A stretch of DNA of 64,000 nucleotides, taken from the NCBI RefSeq assembly GCF_004010195.1, contig NC_057719.1:31042957-31106956 (forward strand), given 5' to 3'. Source of the stretch: Chiloscyllium plagiosum (Eukaryota). Shown here piece after piece: positions 50,170 to 61,844 of the stretch. The stretch's first letter is position 1, and every line of letters starts with the position of its first letter. The notes below the pieces were generated by a model that worked only from the letters and a program-made list of their open reading frames with translations, was not told the DNA's origin and ran no database searches. The position numbers and the translations under genes are program-made.

Positions 50170-51320
50170 TGATACTGCTGTTTATATCTGTCAGCCAGGG
50201 CTCCCTGATTGGACCAACTTAGCCCCCATCAGGGAATTCATATTCTGTGAGGTCCACTTGCCTGACCTTGTTACAATCACTATACCATGGATCAGCCTTA
50301 GCTCAGTAAAGATTAACTTAATCTTATTTGTCAGAGTTAAAAAGCAACAACACCAGGTTATAGTCCAACAGGTTTATTTGGATGCACTAGCTTTCAAAGT
50401 ATTATTTGTCAAGTAATTATTTGCATTTTGGTTCCTTGAATATATAAAGTATAGCTTATAACATGCTTCAGGAAAACTAGGCTACTGATTGATGTACAAA
50501 AGGTAGGATATCATCATTAGTGGAAATTGATATTGGATTATTGCAATGTACTTTCTCTTAGTGCAAGCAATTGTATTACTGTTCTAATTATCTTCATATG
50601 ATGGCTTAAGCATGTGATGAAATGATTGTCGAAGTAAATGTGGATCCTCATGGTTGGGTTATATTAGACAACGAGACCTGGATAGTTTCTAGGCTTGGGC
50701 TGACAAATGGCAGGTAACATTCACATCACATAGGTGCCAAGATAGATCCCTCCATCAAGAGAGAATTGAATCGTCTTGACTTGACATTCAACAGCAATAT
50801 TATCATTGAATCCTATGCTATCAATATCCTGAGGGTTATCATTGATTAATAGAAATACTATGGCAACGAGAGGAAGTTAGAGGCTAGGACTACTGCAGTG
50901 AGTTCCTCATCTCTCCAAAGCCTGTCCACCATTAGTCACAAATCAGGAGTGTGATTAAATACTGTGCACTTGCGCCTGGATAAGTGTAGCTCCAACAAGA
51001 CTCAAGAAGCTTGTCCTGATCCAGGACAAGCAGTTGGCTTAATTGGAACTCACAAATTCAACAAGCAGTAGCAGGAGTGTGTGCCATCTGGAAATGCAGT
51101 GCAGATATTCACCAGGGCTTCTTAGACAAACCTTCCAAATCCATGACTACTTTCATCTAAAAGTACAAGGGCAGCAGATATATGGGTGCACGACAACATC
51201 AAAGTTCTTCTCCAAACCACTCATCATTTTGACTTGGAAATATATTGCCGTTCCTTCACTGTTGCTAGATCAAAATTCTGGAACACCCTCCCTAACAGCA
51301 TTATGGATGCACCCACATTA

Positions 51321-53616
51321 AAGAACAAAGAAAGTTTACAGCCCAGGAACAGGCCCTTCAGCCCTCCAAGCCTGAGCCGATCCAAATCTACTGTCTAAAC
51401 CTGTCACCAAATTCCGAAGCATCTGTATCCCTCAGCTCCCCACCTACTCATCTTAAATGAATTTACTGTGCCTGCCTCTACCACCTCTGCTGGCAACGCA
51501 TTCCAGACGCCCACCACCCTCTGTGTGAAGTACTTGCTGTGTGTAGACCCCCTTAAACTTTCCACCTCTCACCTTGCAAGCGTGACCTCTCGTTATTGAA
51601 TCCTTCACCCTGGGAAAAAGCTTGTCTTTATCCACCCTATTTATACCCTTCATGATTTTGTAAACCTCAATCAGGTCCCCCCATAATCTCCTTTTTTCTA
51701 ATGAAAACAAACCTAACCTACTCAACCTCTTTTCATAGCTAGCACCTTCCATACCAGGCAACATCCTCGTAAACCTTCTCTGCACCCTCTCCACAGCGTC
51801 CACATCCTTTTCGTAATGTGGCGACCAGAACTGTACACAGTATTCTAAATGCGGCCGAACCAATGTCCTGTACAATTTTAACATGACTTGCCAGCTCTTA
51901 TACTCAATACCCTGTCCAATGAAGGCAAGCGTACTATATGCCTTTTTGACCACTCCATCCACCTGTGCAGCAACCTTCAGGGTACAATGGACCTGCGCAA
52001 CCTTCAGGGTACAATGGACCTGCACTCCCAGATCTCTCTGCCCATCAGCTTTTCCCAAGGCCCTTCCGTTCATTGTACAATTTGCTCTAGAATTAGTCTT
52101 GCCTAAATGCATCACCTCACATTTGTCTGGATTGAGAACCATCTGCCACTTTTCTGCCCAACTCTCCATTCTATCTATATCCTCCTGTATTCTTTGACAG
52201 TCCCTTATGCTTTCTGCTACTCCACCAATCTTTGTGTCATCTGCAAACTTGCTGATAATACCAACAATGCCCTCTTATGGATCATTTAAGTATATCACAG
52301 ACAACAGTGGCCCCAGCACTGATCCCTGTGGAATACCACTGGTCACCTTTCTCCATTTCGAGAAACTCCCTTCAACTACTACTCTCCAGTTCTTTACCAA
52401 CCTAGCTAGAACACCCTGTACACCATGTGACTTCACGTTCTCTATTAGTTTACCATGGGGAACCTTAAACACCTTACTAAAGTCCATGTATATGACATCA
52501 ACAGCCCTTCCTTCATCTATCAACTTGGTCACTTCCTCAAAGAACTCTTTAAGTTGGTAAGGCACGATCTCCCCCGCACCAAACCATATTGCCTATCACT
52601 GATAAGCCCATTCTTTTCTAAATATAAATGGATCCTCTCCATCAGTACCCTGTCCAGCAACTTTCCCACCACCGACGTCAGGCTTACTGGTCTGTTGTTA
52701 CCCGGTATAACCCTACTACCCTTCTTGTATGGGGGACAACATGAGTAACCTTCCAGTCCTCCGGCACCTCACCCGTATTTAAGGATGCCACAAAGCTATC
52801 TGTCAGGGCCCCAGCAATTTCCTCTCTCGCCTCCCTCAGCAACCTGCGATAGATCCCATCCAGTCCTGGGGATTTGATGTCAATGTGATCCAGACTAATC
52901 AAACTTCTATCTCTAATCTCAAGATTCATCATGTTCCTCTCCTCAGTGAACACTGGTGCAAAGTAATCATTCAGAATCTCACCCATTCTCTCAGGTTCGA
53001 CACACAGCCTTCCTTCATTATCCTTTAGTGGACTAATCCTTTCTCTAGTTACCCGCTTGCTTCTTATACAAGAATAAAATGCTTTGGGATTCTCCTTAAT
53101 TCTGCTCGCTAAAGCTATTTCATGACCCCTTTTAGCCCACTTGATTCCTCGTTTAAGTCTTGAACTACTCTTCCAATATTCCTCAAGGGTCAGTTTCGTT
53201 CTTAGCTGCCTAGACCTTATCTACGGTCCTCTTGGCTAGTCGTACAATTTCTCCTGTCATCCACGGTTCACGAATCCTGCCCTTCCTATCCTTTGCCTTC
53301 AAGAGACATGCCTATCCTGCACTATCTTTAACCTATCTTTGAAAGCCTCCCACATATCAAATTTGGATTTCACTTCAAATAGCTGTATCCAATCCACATT
53401 TCCGAGCACCTGCCTAAATTTCATATAATTGGCCTTGGTCCAGTTTAGTACGCTTCCCTTAGGACCACTCTCATCTTTATCTATGAGCATTCTGAAACTT
53501 ACAGAATTGTGGTCACTGTTCCCAATGATAACCCCCACCGCAACTTCTACCACCTGGCTCGTTCCCCTGTACCAGGTCCAGTATGGCCCCTTCCCTCATT
53601 GGACTATTGACATACT
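51321..53616 (-). mobile_element. CR1 LINE from APE end to 3' tail
   Basis: GNSDHNSVSF, KSPGLDGIY, YMDFSKVFKVPH, SGIPQGSVLGP, 238-aa C-terminal ORF; internal 27-bp in-frame duplication at about 51970-52023. Confidence 0.9.
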
Positions 53617-53913
53617 GACAAATGTACAACTATGGTTCAAAGTGGCATTCTATCACCAGCATCTCAAGGGCAAAAATGGATGGGCAATAAATGCTAGCCA
53701 GTCAATGAAGTCCACACCCTCTGAATAAATTTTTTAAAAGTTTATATAATATGGAATCAGAAATTATTCTATATGCTCAAGGCGCAGATGCAGCAATTTG
53801 TGTGAAGTAGGTACACCCATCATGCTGTTAGGAAGTGTGTGGCAGGATTTTATTGTCGTAGTAGTGAAGGAACAGCGATAATAGTTCCATGTCTGGCATG
53901 TGGCTTAACAGGA

Positions 53914-54007
53914 TGATTCCTGAAGAAGGGCTTGTGCCCGAAACGTCAATTCTCCTGTTCCCTGGATGCTGCCTGACCTGCTGCGCTTTTCCAGCAACAC
54001 ATTTCCA
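53914..54007 (+). ncRNA. 94-bp PLE family A insertion made largely of a hammerhead motif
   Basis: 18-bp TSD GCATGTGGCTTAACAGGA; CTGAAGA-A-GGGC-TTGT-GCCC-GAAA-CGTC at 53920-53947. Confidence 0.8.
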
Positions 54008-55066
54008 GCATGTGGCTTAACAGGAAACCTGCAGCTGGTGGTGTTCCCACAATTTGCTGCTTTTGTCCTTCTAGGTTTAGAATGCATTGCCTTGTTGAAG
54101 GAGGTTTGGTGACTAAATGCACTGAATTTTAATTTGGTGGATAGGGTGTTGATCTTTGTCCTGAACAGTGTTGAACTTCTTGAGTAATGTTGCAGCTGCA
54201 TTCAAGTAAGTGGATCATATTCCATCTCACCCTTGACATGTGCCTTGTAACTGCTGGATAAGCGTTCTGGGGCAAGGAGGTGAGGTAATCGCTGCAAAGT
54301 TCCCAACTTCTGAATTGCGGTTAAGTAAATCAACCTTATGTAGGGTTGGCAGTGTAGGTGCTAAGGTGATCTACAGTTGTAACATGTGACAATTTGTAGA
54401 TAACATTGTGCTCCCACCCTCTAACCTACTTTTGTAGCCACAATGGTAAACCCCAAGCTGTTGAGTGTATTCAGCAATGGTAATGATGTTGAATTTTGAG
54501 GAGAGTTGTTCAGATTTCATTTGTTATTTTCATAGGTTCCGAGGTGAGCGATGGTAATGATCTTGAGAGGAGATGTTGAGATCTCTGTTGTTATTTTCCA
54601 AAGTTCCGAGGAGAGCTTCTGGTAGATAGCTTCATTATCCAAGAAGTCCTAATCAAAGTTGGCTTACTGATTCATGATCAGTGACTGACCTCACTCCTGA
54701 AATAAAGAAACATGGTCATAATAAGCAGTCAGCAGTCATTGCAAACCCAAGATAGTGTTGTAGGGAAGCCACCATATGCCAGCATCTTCATTTATTTATC
54801 AGTTACTTTTTCTTAAACACAAGGTCAGGTATGATGTTGTTCACTGAAACCTGTGACATTCAGTTCCATTCACATCTTCACCTAGGCAGCTCATCCTAAT
54901 CTACTGCAGCCCCTGTGGTTGAAGTGGTAATATGCATCGTTTGTATGTCCAGCAAACTTTAATGTTGTGCCTTCCATCCCAGTTCCACCAGCCAAATCAG
55001 AACTATGGCTTACAACATCAGGCTACTGTGTGATGTGGTGCCACCATCTTTAAGTGACCACAAAGT

Positions 55067-55270
55067 AAAAACCAAAAGAACTGTGGATGCTGTAAATCAG
55101 AGACAAAATTAGAAATGGCTGGAAAAGCTTAGCAGGTCTGGCAGCATCTGTGGAGAGAAATCAGAGTTAACATTTCGGGTCAGTTCTGAGGAAGGAATGT
55201 TAACTCTGATTTCTCTCCACAAATGCTGCCAGACCTGCTGAGCTTTTCCAACAATTTCTATTTTTGTCTT
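55067..55270. mobile_element. Fold-back PLE family B end
   Basis: Inverted arms of about 74 bp around TCGGGTCAGTTCTGAGGAAGG; flanking TGACCACAA repeat. Confidence 0.8.
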
Positions 55271-57079
55271 GAAATGACCACAATCCCGACTTCAACATGT
55301 TTCTTCATTATCATTATGAAGTAATATGTAACACTTTTTGAACCACTGTTAACCCGAATAGCTGCACCAATTTAAAGAGAAGATCTATCATTATCTGTGG
55401 ATGGGTAAGACATACAATTATGTCAGTATTGCCTGCATATCAAGACCAAAGAAAGTTGCATTTTTTGACTTGCTACAGTATATATAGTTTTCTTACAAAT
55501 AGCTAGTCCACAGCACAAGTAATGTTCAACATACAATAATAAATAATAACAAAATAAAGTTGAGCTGGGCAATATAAAAGTTAGTTAATATGATGGTCTT
55601 AAACTAATCAAAGAGGATTCAATTTTTTTAAATGCTGTCTGTAATATTAAACATTTTATTGTTCATTTCTGATAGATGAAAGCTGCTAGGTATGTAGAAT
55701 AATGATCTGAGTTCCATATTTTAACACTGAGTGAAATCCTGGATAAAAGACAAAGATCAATTTGGTATAAACATTAAATTATATGCTGAGGAATACTTTT
55801 TTTGTTCATTAATTACTGAAAACTAATATGCAGGTGCAGCAAGCAGTTAGGAAGGCAAATGTTACATATGCCTTCATCACAAGATTTGTGTGCAAGAGTA
55901 AAGATGAGACCACACCTGGAGTATTGTGTGCAAGTTTGTTTCCCTTACCGAAGGAGGGATCTACTTGCAGAGTACAGCGGAGGTTCACCAGACTTGATTC
56001 CTGGGATGGTGTGAGTTTCCTATGGTATACGATTGAGGATATTGGACCTATCTTCTCTTGAGTTTAGAAGAATCAGGAGTGACCACTTTGAAACTTTTGA
56101 AATTCTTAAAGGGTGAGAAACGTGGAAACGCAATTATTAGCATATTCAAGAAAAAGATTGATAAATTTCGAGACACTAACTACAGTAAAGGATATTGAAT
56201 AGCATTGGAAAAAGATGTTAACAGAGATATTGACCATGACCTAGGTTGGTGCATCAGGCTTAAGTGGCTGAATAATCTACTCATGCTGTTATGCTTGTAC
56301 CCTAAATTTTTTGCAGCCTTAACAAATTAGCTGTATTAAGTAAATAGGCAGAGTTACTTGTAGCACAAAACTTTAGAATAATTGAATAAATTCCAAATGT
56401 ATTTTTCTGATTTTGATTTATATAATGGAAGCAGTAAATTTTAAAGCTCTGCAACAGTTAGACCTGGCTTGTTATGGAAACGTTTTGTTTGATTAAGGGA
56501 CCTGTGATTGTTGCTACAGAAACCTTTTTACGACTGACTCAGTTTATATGAGAAAGACCAATTAAGCAGAATTTTCAGTGCTTCATTAGTTCCTTGTTAT
56601 AGTACCACCATTATGCACCAAGCCTTTTTTTCCTTCCCCTGTTGTGCTTAACCAAGAGCCAATATGACACTATTACACAATAATAATTTTGAAATACTTT
56701 TTCTTTTATATTCTGAGGGTGTTCTGCAAGAAGTATTTCTACAAATGAACCACAAACATGCCACAGTTAATTTTTATTTTTCATGAAACTGGTTTATCTG
56801 AAAATAACTTTCAGTCTTGCATATAATTTAATCTTTTGTGTATGTACTTTTCACCATTATAGTGGTGAAAATGCTTATGTTTTGTTTAAGCTGTAACTAA
56901 TATTCAGAGAATCTATAGAGTTTTGGAAAGTCAGAAGGTTAATGTGATGATACCATAAATCATATGAATAAAAATGAGGCCTCCTAAGATGTTCTACACT
57001 CCTGGAGATTAAATGCAATACAGTTTACTGTAATACGGCCAGTTCTCACTTTAATAAGCTTCAAGCTTACTTTTAGGGA

Positions 57080-60000
57080 CCCAGGGAAATAGTGAGAAAA
57101 GCGATCAATCTGAGACTGGTAAAGTTAGGAAAAGGAACGAGTCAAACAGACAGGGTAGAAGGAACAAAGCAGAGAACAAGGTAGGAATGATAAATTAAAC
57201 TGCATTTATTTCAATGCAAGATGCCTAACAGGGAAGGCAGATGAATTCAGGCATGGTTAGAAACATGGGACTGGGATACATATCAATTATAGAGATGTAG
57301 CTCAGGGATGAACAGGACTCGCAGCTTAGTGTTCCAGGATACAAATGTGCTCGGAAGGATGGAAAGGGGGGGGGGCAAGAGAGGAGGGGGAGTGGCGTTT
57401 TTTATAAGGGATAGTATTACTGCTGTACTTAGGGATGATATTCCTGGGAATGCACCTGGGAAGTTATTTGGGTGGAACTGAGGAATAAGAAAGGGATGAT
57501 CACCTTATTGGGATTATATTATAGACTTCCAAATCGTCAGAGGGAAATCAAGAAACAAATTTGTAAGGATATTTCAGTTATCTGTAAGAATAATAGGGTA
57601 GTTATGGTAGGGGATTTTAATTTCCCAAATATAGACTGGGACTGCCATAGTGTTAAGGGTTTAGATGGAGAGGAGTTTATTCAGTGCGTACTAGAAGATT
57701 TTCTGGTTCAGTATGTAGCTGTACCTCCAAGAGAAGATGCAAACCTTGACCTCCTCTTAGGAAATAAGGCAGGGCAGGTGACTGAAGTATCAGTGGGGGA
57801 GCACGTTGGGGCCAGTGACCATAATTCTAGTAGTTTTAAAATAGTGATGGAAAAGGATAGACTGGATCTAAAAGTTGAAATTCTAAATTGGAGGAAGGCC
57901 AATTTTGACAGTATTAGGCAATAACATTCAAAAGTTGATTGGGGGCAGATGTTCACAGGTAAAGGGATGGCTGGAAAATGGGAAGCCTTCAGAAATGAGA
58001 TAATGAGAGTCCAGAGAAAGTATATTCCTGTGAGGGTGAAAGGAAAGGGTAGTAGGTGTATGGAATGTTGGATGACAAGAGAAATTGAGGGTTTGGTTAA
58101 GAAAAAGAAGGAAGCAGGCATAGACAGCAGAGATCGAGTGAATCCTTAGAAGAGTATAAAGGCAGTAAAAGTATACTTCAGAGGGAAATCAGGAGGGCAA
58201 AAAGGGGATATGAGATAGTTTTGGCAAATATGGTTAAAAAGAAACCAAAGGGATTGTATAAATACATTAAGGACAAGAGTGTAACTCCAGATAGAATAGG
58301 GCCCCATAAAGATCAACAAGCCAGCCTATGTGTGGAGCCGCAGGAGATGGAGATACTAAATGAGTATTTTGCATCGTGTTTACTGTGGAGAAGGACATGG
58401 AAGATATAGAATGTGTTGAAATAGGTGATGACTCCTTGAAAAATGTCCATATTACAGAGGAGGAGGTGCTGGATGTCTTAAAATACATAAAGGTAGATAA
58501 ATCTCTGGGACCTGATCAGGTTTACCCTAAAATTCTGTGGGACGCAAGGGAAGTGATTGCTGGGCCCCTTGCTGAGATATTTGTATCATTGAAAGTCACA
58601 GGTGAGGTGCCTGAAGACTGGAGATTGGCTAATGTGGTACCACTATTTAAGAAAGGTGGTGAAGACAAACCAGGGAACTATAGACCAATGAGCCTGATAT
58701 CAGTGGTGGACAAGTTGTTGGAGGGAATCCTGAGCGACAAGGTTTACATATATCTGGAAAGGCAAGGACTGATTAGAAATAGTCAACATGGCTTTGTGCA
58801 TGTAAAATCATGTCTCACAAACTTGATCGAATCTTTTGAAGAAGTAACAAAGAGGATTGATGAGGGCAGAGCGGTAGATGTGATCTATATGGACTTCAGT
58901 AAGGTGTTCAATAAGGTTCCTCATGGTAGGCTGGTTAGCAAGGTTAGATCTCATGAAATACAGGGAGAACTAGCCATTTTGACACAGAACTGGCTCAAAG
59001 GTAGAAGACAGAGGGTGGTGGTGGAGAGTTGCTTTTTCAGGGAGACCTGTGACCATTAGTGTGCCACAAGGTTCGGTGCTGGGTCCATTGCATTTTATCA
59101 TTTATATAAATGATTTAGATGTGAACATAGGAAGTAAAATTAGTAGGTTTGCAGATTACATCAAAATTGGAGATGTAGTGGACAGCAAAGAAGGTTATTG
59201 TGGGCGGCACGGTGGCACAGTGGTTAGCACTGCTGCTTCACAGCGCCTGAGACCCGGGTTCAATTCCCGCCTCAGGCGACTGACTGTGTGGAGTTTGCAC
59301 ATTCTCCCCGTGTCTGCGTGGGTTTCCTCCGGGTGCTCCGGTTTCCTCCCACAGTCCAAAAATGTGCAGGTTAGGTGAATTGGCCATGCTAAATTGCATA
59401 TAGTGTTAGGTGAAGGGGTAAAGATAGGGGAATGGGTCTGGGAGGGTTGCACTTCGATGGGTCGGTGTGGACTTGTTGGGCCGAAGGACCTGTTTCCACA
59501 CTGTAAGTAATCTAATCTAATAGTACAATGAAATCTTGACCATATGGGCCAATGTGCTGAGGAGTGGCAAATAGTGTTTAATTGAGATAAATATGTGAGA
59601 TAAATTTTGGAAAGGCAAATCTTAGCAGGACTTATATACTTAATGGTAAGGTCCTAGGGAGTGTTGCTGAACAAAGAGACCTTGAAGTGCATGTTCATGG
59701 CTTCTTGAAAGTCGCAGGTAGATAGGATAGTAAAGAAGGTGTTTCGTTTCTTTCCTTTATTGGTCAGAACATTGAGTGTAGGAGTTGGGAGGTCATGTTG
59801 CGCTGTACAGGACATTGGTTAGGCCACTGTTAGAATATTGCATGCATTTCTGTTCTTCTTTCTATTGAAAAGTTGTTGTGAAACTTGAAAGGGTTCAGAA
59901 AAGATTTACAAGGATGTTGCCAGGGTTGGAGGATTGAGCTACAGGAAGAGGCAGAATAGGCTAGGTCTGTTTTCCCTGGCGTGCCGGAGGCTGAGTGGTG

Positions 60001-60380
60001 ACCTTATAGAGGTTTATAAAATCATGAGGGGCATGGATAATATAAATAGAAAAGGTCTTTTCCCTCGGGTAGGGGAGTCCAGAACTAGAGGGCATAGGTT
60101 AAGGGTGAGAGGGGAAACATTTAGAAGGGACCTAAGGGGCAACTTTTCACACAGAGGGTGGTGCCAATATAATGAGCTGCTAGAGGAAATGGTGGACGCT
60201 GGTACAATTACAACATTTAAAAGGCACTTGGATGAGTATATGAATAAGAAGGGTCTGGAGCAATATGGGCCAAGTGCTGGCAAATGGGAGTGGATTAGGT
60301 TGGAATATCTGGTCGGCACGGATGAGTTGAACTGAAGGGTCTGTTTCAGTGCTGTACATCTGTCTGACTCAATGACTCTA
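57080..60380 (+). mobile_element. CR1 LINE, near-complete decayed ORF2 (APE-RT) and 3' end
   Basis: ORFs 57472-57924, 58376-59059, 59049-59200 and 59934-60335 give APE and RT motifs in order. Confidence 0.92.
59202..59521 (+). mobile_element. HE1-type V-SINE inserted in the CR1 RT
   Basis: Full consensus with TAATC tail. Confidence 0.92.
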
Positions 60381-60459
60381 GTTATCAACAACTCGTTACC
60401 AAATTTCTTTTTTTCTATCTTGTCATATATCAGAAGGGTTTATTCTAATGCAAACACTT

Positions 60460-60810
60460 TTATTATTCAATCACGGAATGAGGGCGTTTCTGGCAAGGTC
60501 AGCAATTATTGTCCATCCCTAATTGCCCAGAGAGCAATTAAAGTCAACCGCATTGCAGTGGATCTGGAGAGACATGTATGCCAGACCAGGGAAGGATAGC
60601 AGTTTCCACCCCTGAAGCACATCAGTGAACCATCTGGAGTCAGATGAACAATTGATTCATGGTCATCATTAGACTCTTAATTCCAGATTTTTATTGAATT
60701 CAAATTGCAGCATGTACTGTGGCAAAATTCAAACCTGAGTCCCTAGAACATTTCTGAGGTCTCTGGATTATCAGTCCATCAATAATACCGCAAGGCCATT
60801 GCATCCCTAA
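60460..60810 (-). mobile_element. tRNA-derived SINE, SacSINE1/DeuSINE-like
   Basis: Minus-strand A/B-box head (TGGCCTTGCGG..GGTTTGAATT) and central GGTTCACTGATG..CTGGTCTGGCATACATG core; family name is from memory. Confidence 0.55.
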
Positions 60811-60889
60811 TTTTCCAGGTTTAAAAGCTATAACCTTTCAAAATATTGTTTTGAGTTATTTAAAAAGTAGTGAAGTTAAAGCTAACAAT

Positions 60890-61186
60890 AGCATGGTGGC
60901 TCAGTGGTTAGCACTGCAGCCTCACAGCACCAGGGTCCCAGGTTCGATTAAGCCTCGGGCGACTGTCTGTGTGGAGTTTGCACATTCTCCCTGTGTCTGT
61001 GTGAGTTTCCTTGCATAGTCCAAAAGTGTGCAGGTTAGGTGAATTGGCCATGCTAAATTGCCCATAGTGCTAGGTGCATTAGTCAGAGAGAAATGGGTCT
61101 GGGTGGGTTACTCGTCAGAGGGTCAGTGTGGACTTGTTGGGCCAAAGGGCCTGTTTCCACACTGTAGGGAATCTAATCTAATCTAA
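60890..61186 (+). mobile_element. HE1-type V-SINE
   Basis: Head, partly deleted core, (TAATC)n tail. Confidence 0.88.
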
Positions 61187-61844
61187 AAAAACACCTAACC
61201 TTTCAATTTTACACCATAATTCAAGAATACTTTACTATTGTTCTTTGAAATATTATTAAATTGGTGTAAGCAACAGTAATTCAACTGAATTTTTTTACCA
61301 GCACTTATTCATTATTCTTAAAAGAATTGCAGGAACATTTTAAGAGCCTTAAGCTTCATTACTGTGGTTTTTGTTGTCATCAGAATGCACTTTATTGTTT
61401 TGCTCTTTCAAAACCATGTGTATATTCTTTATATTTACAGTGATATCACATTGAATCAAATTTGAAAAATCCATAATTCTGGTTGTATCAAATTTGTCAG
61501 TATTTCCTGCTGGCAGAATAGCCAATTCAATTGAATGACACCCATGATACCCCAAAGTTATGGGCTCTTAACTCTGTGTTAAACAAAATCATGCCAGCCT
61601 GGCATATGGCTGCACAAACTAATAAAGTGGAATTAGACCACACAAAGGACAAGATCGTAGAGGTCTGGACAAGCCCCCATTTGACTTCAAGATTTTCCTG
61701 TGACAATAAAATAAAACAAAGAACTGCATATGTTGGAGATCTGAAATAAAAACTGAAATTGCTGGAGAAATTTAGCATGTTCTGATGAACAATTTCCAGA
61801 CTCGAAAGATTAGCTCTGCTTTCTTCCCACAAATGAGCATGGAA

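Larger units (their letters stand above)
38761..50284 (-). mobile_element. Decayed Gypsy (Mag/K02A2.6-like) LTR element split by nested insertions
   Basis: 5-bp TSD CCATG (38756-38760 / 50285-50289); LTRs start TGAA(A/T)TAACTC at 38761 and 49851; PBS TGGCAATGAG; gag pieces MPLFGKLDSF (49768 down), FPEAPDTKTFQEL (about 47060), AEACDFG (about 46720), LALQLALSLE (about 41290); protease MEVDTGAAVSV near 40860, then RT, RH and IN. Confidence 0.9.

Noticed and set aside
54477..54616. Possible 8-nt microexon (CATAG|GTTCCGAG|GTGAGC, 54536-54543)
   Set aside because: It lies in a degenerate tandem duplication of about 70 bp next to LINE remnants and would shift the frame; no other support.
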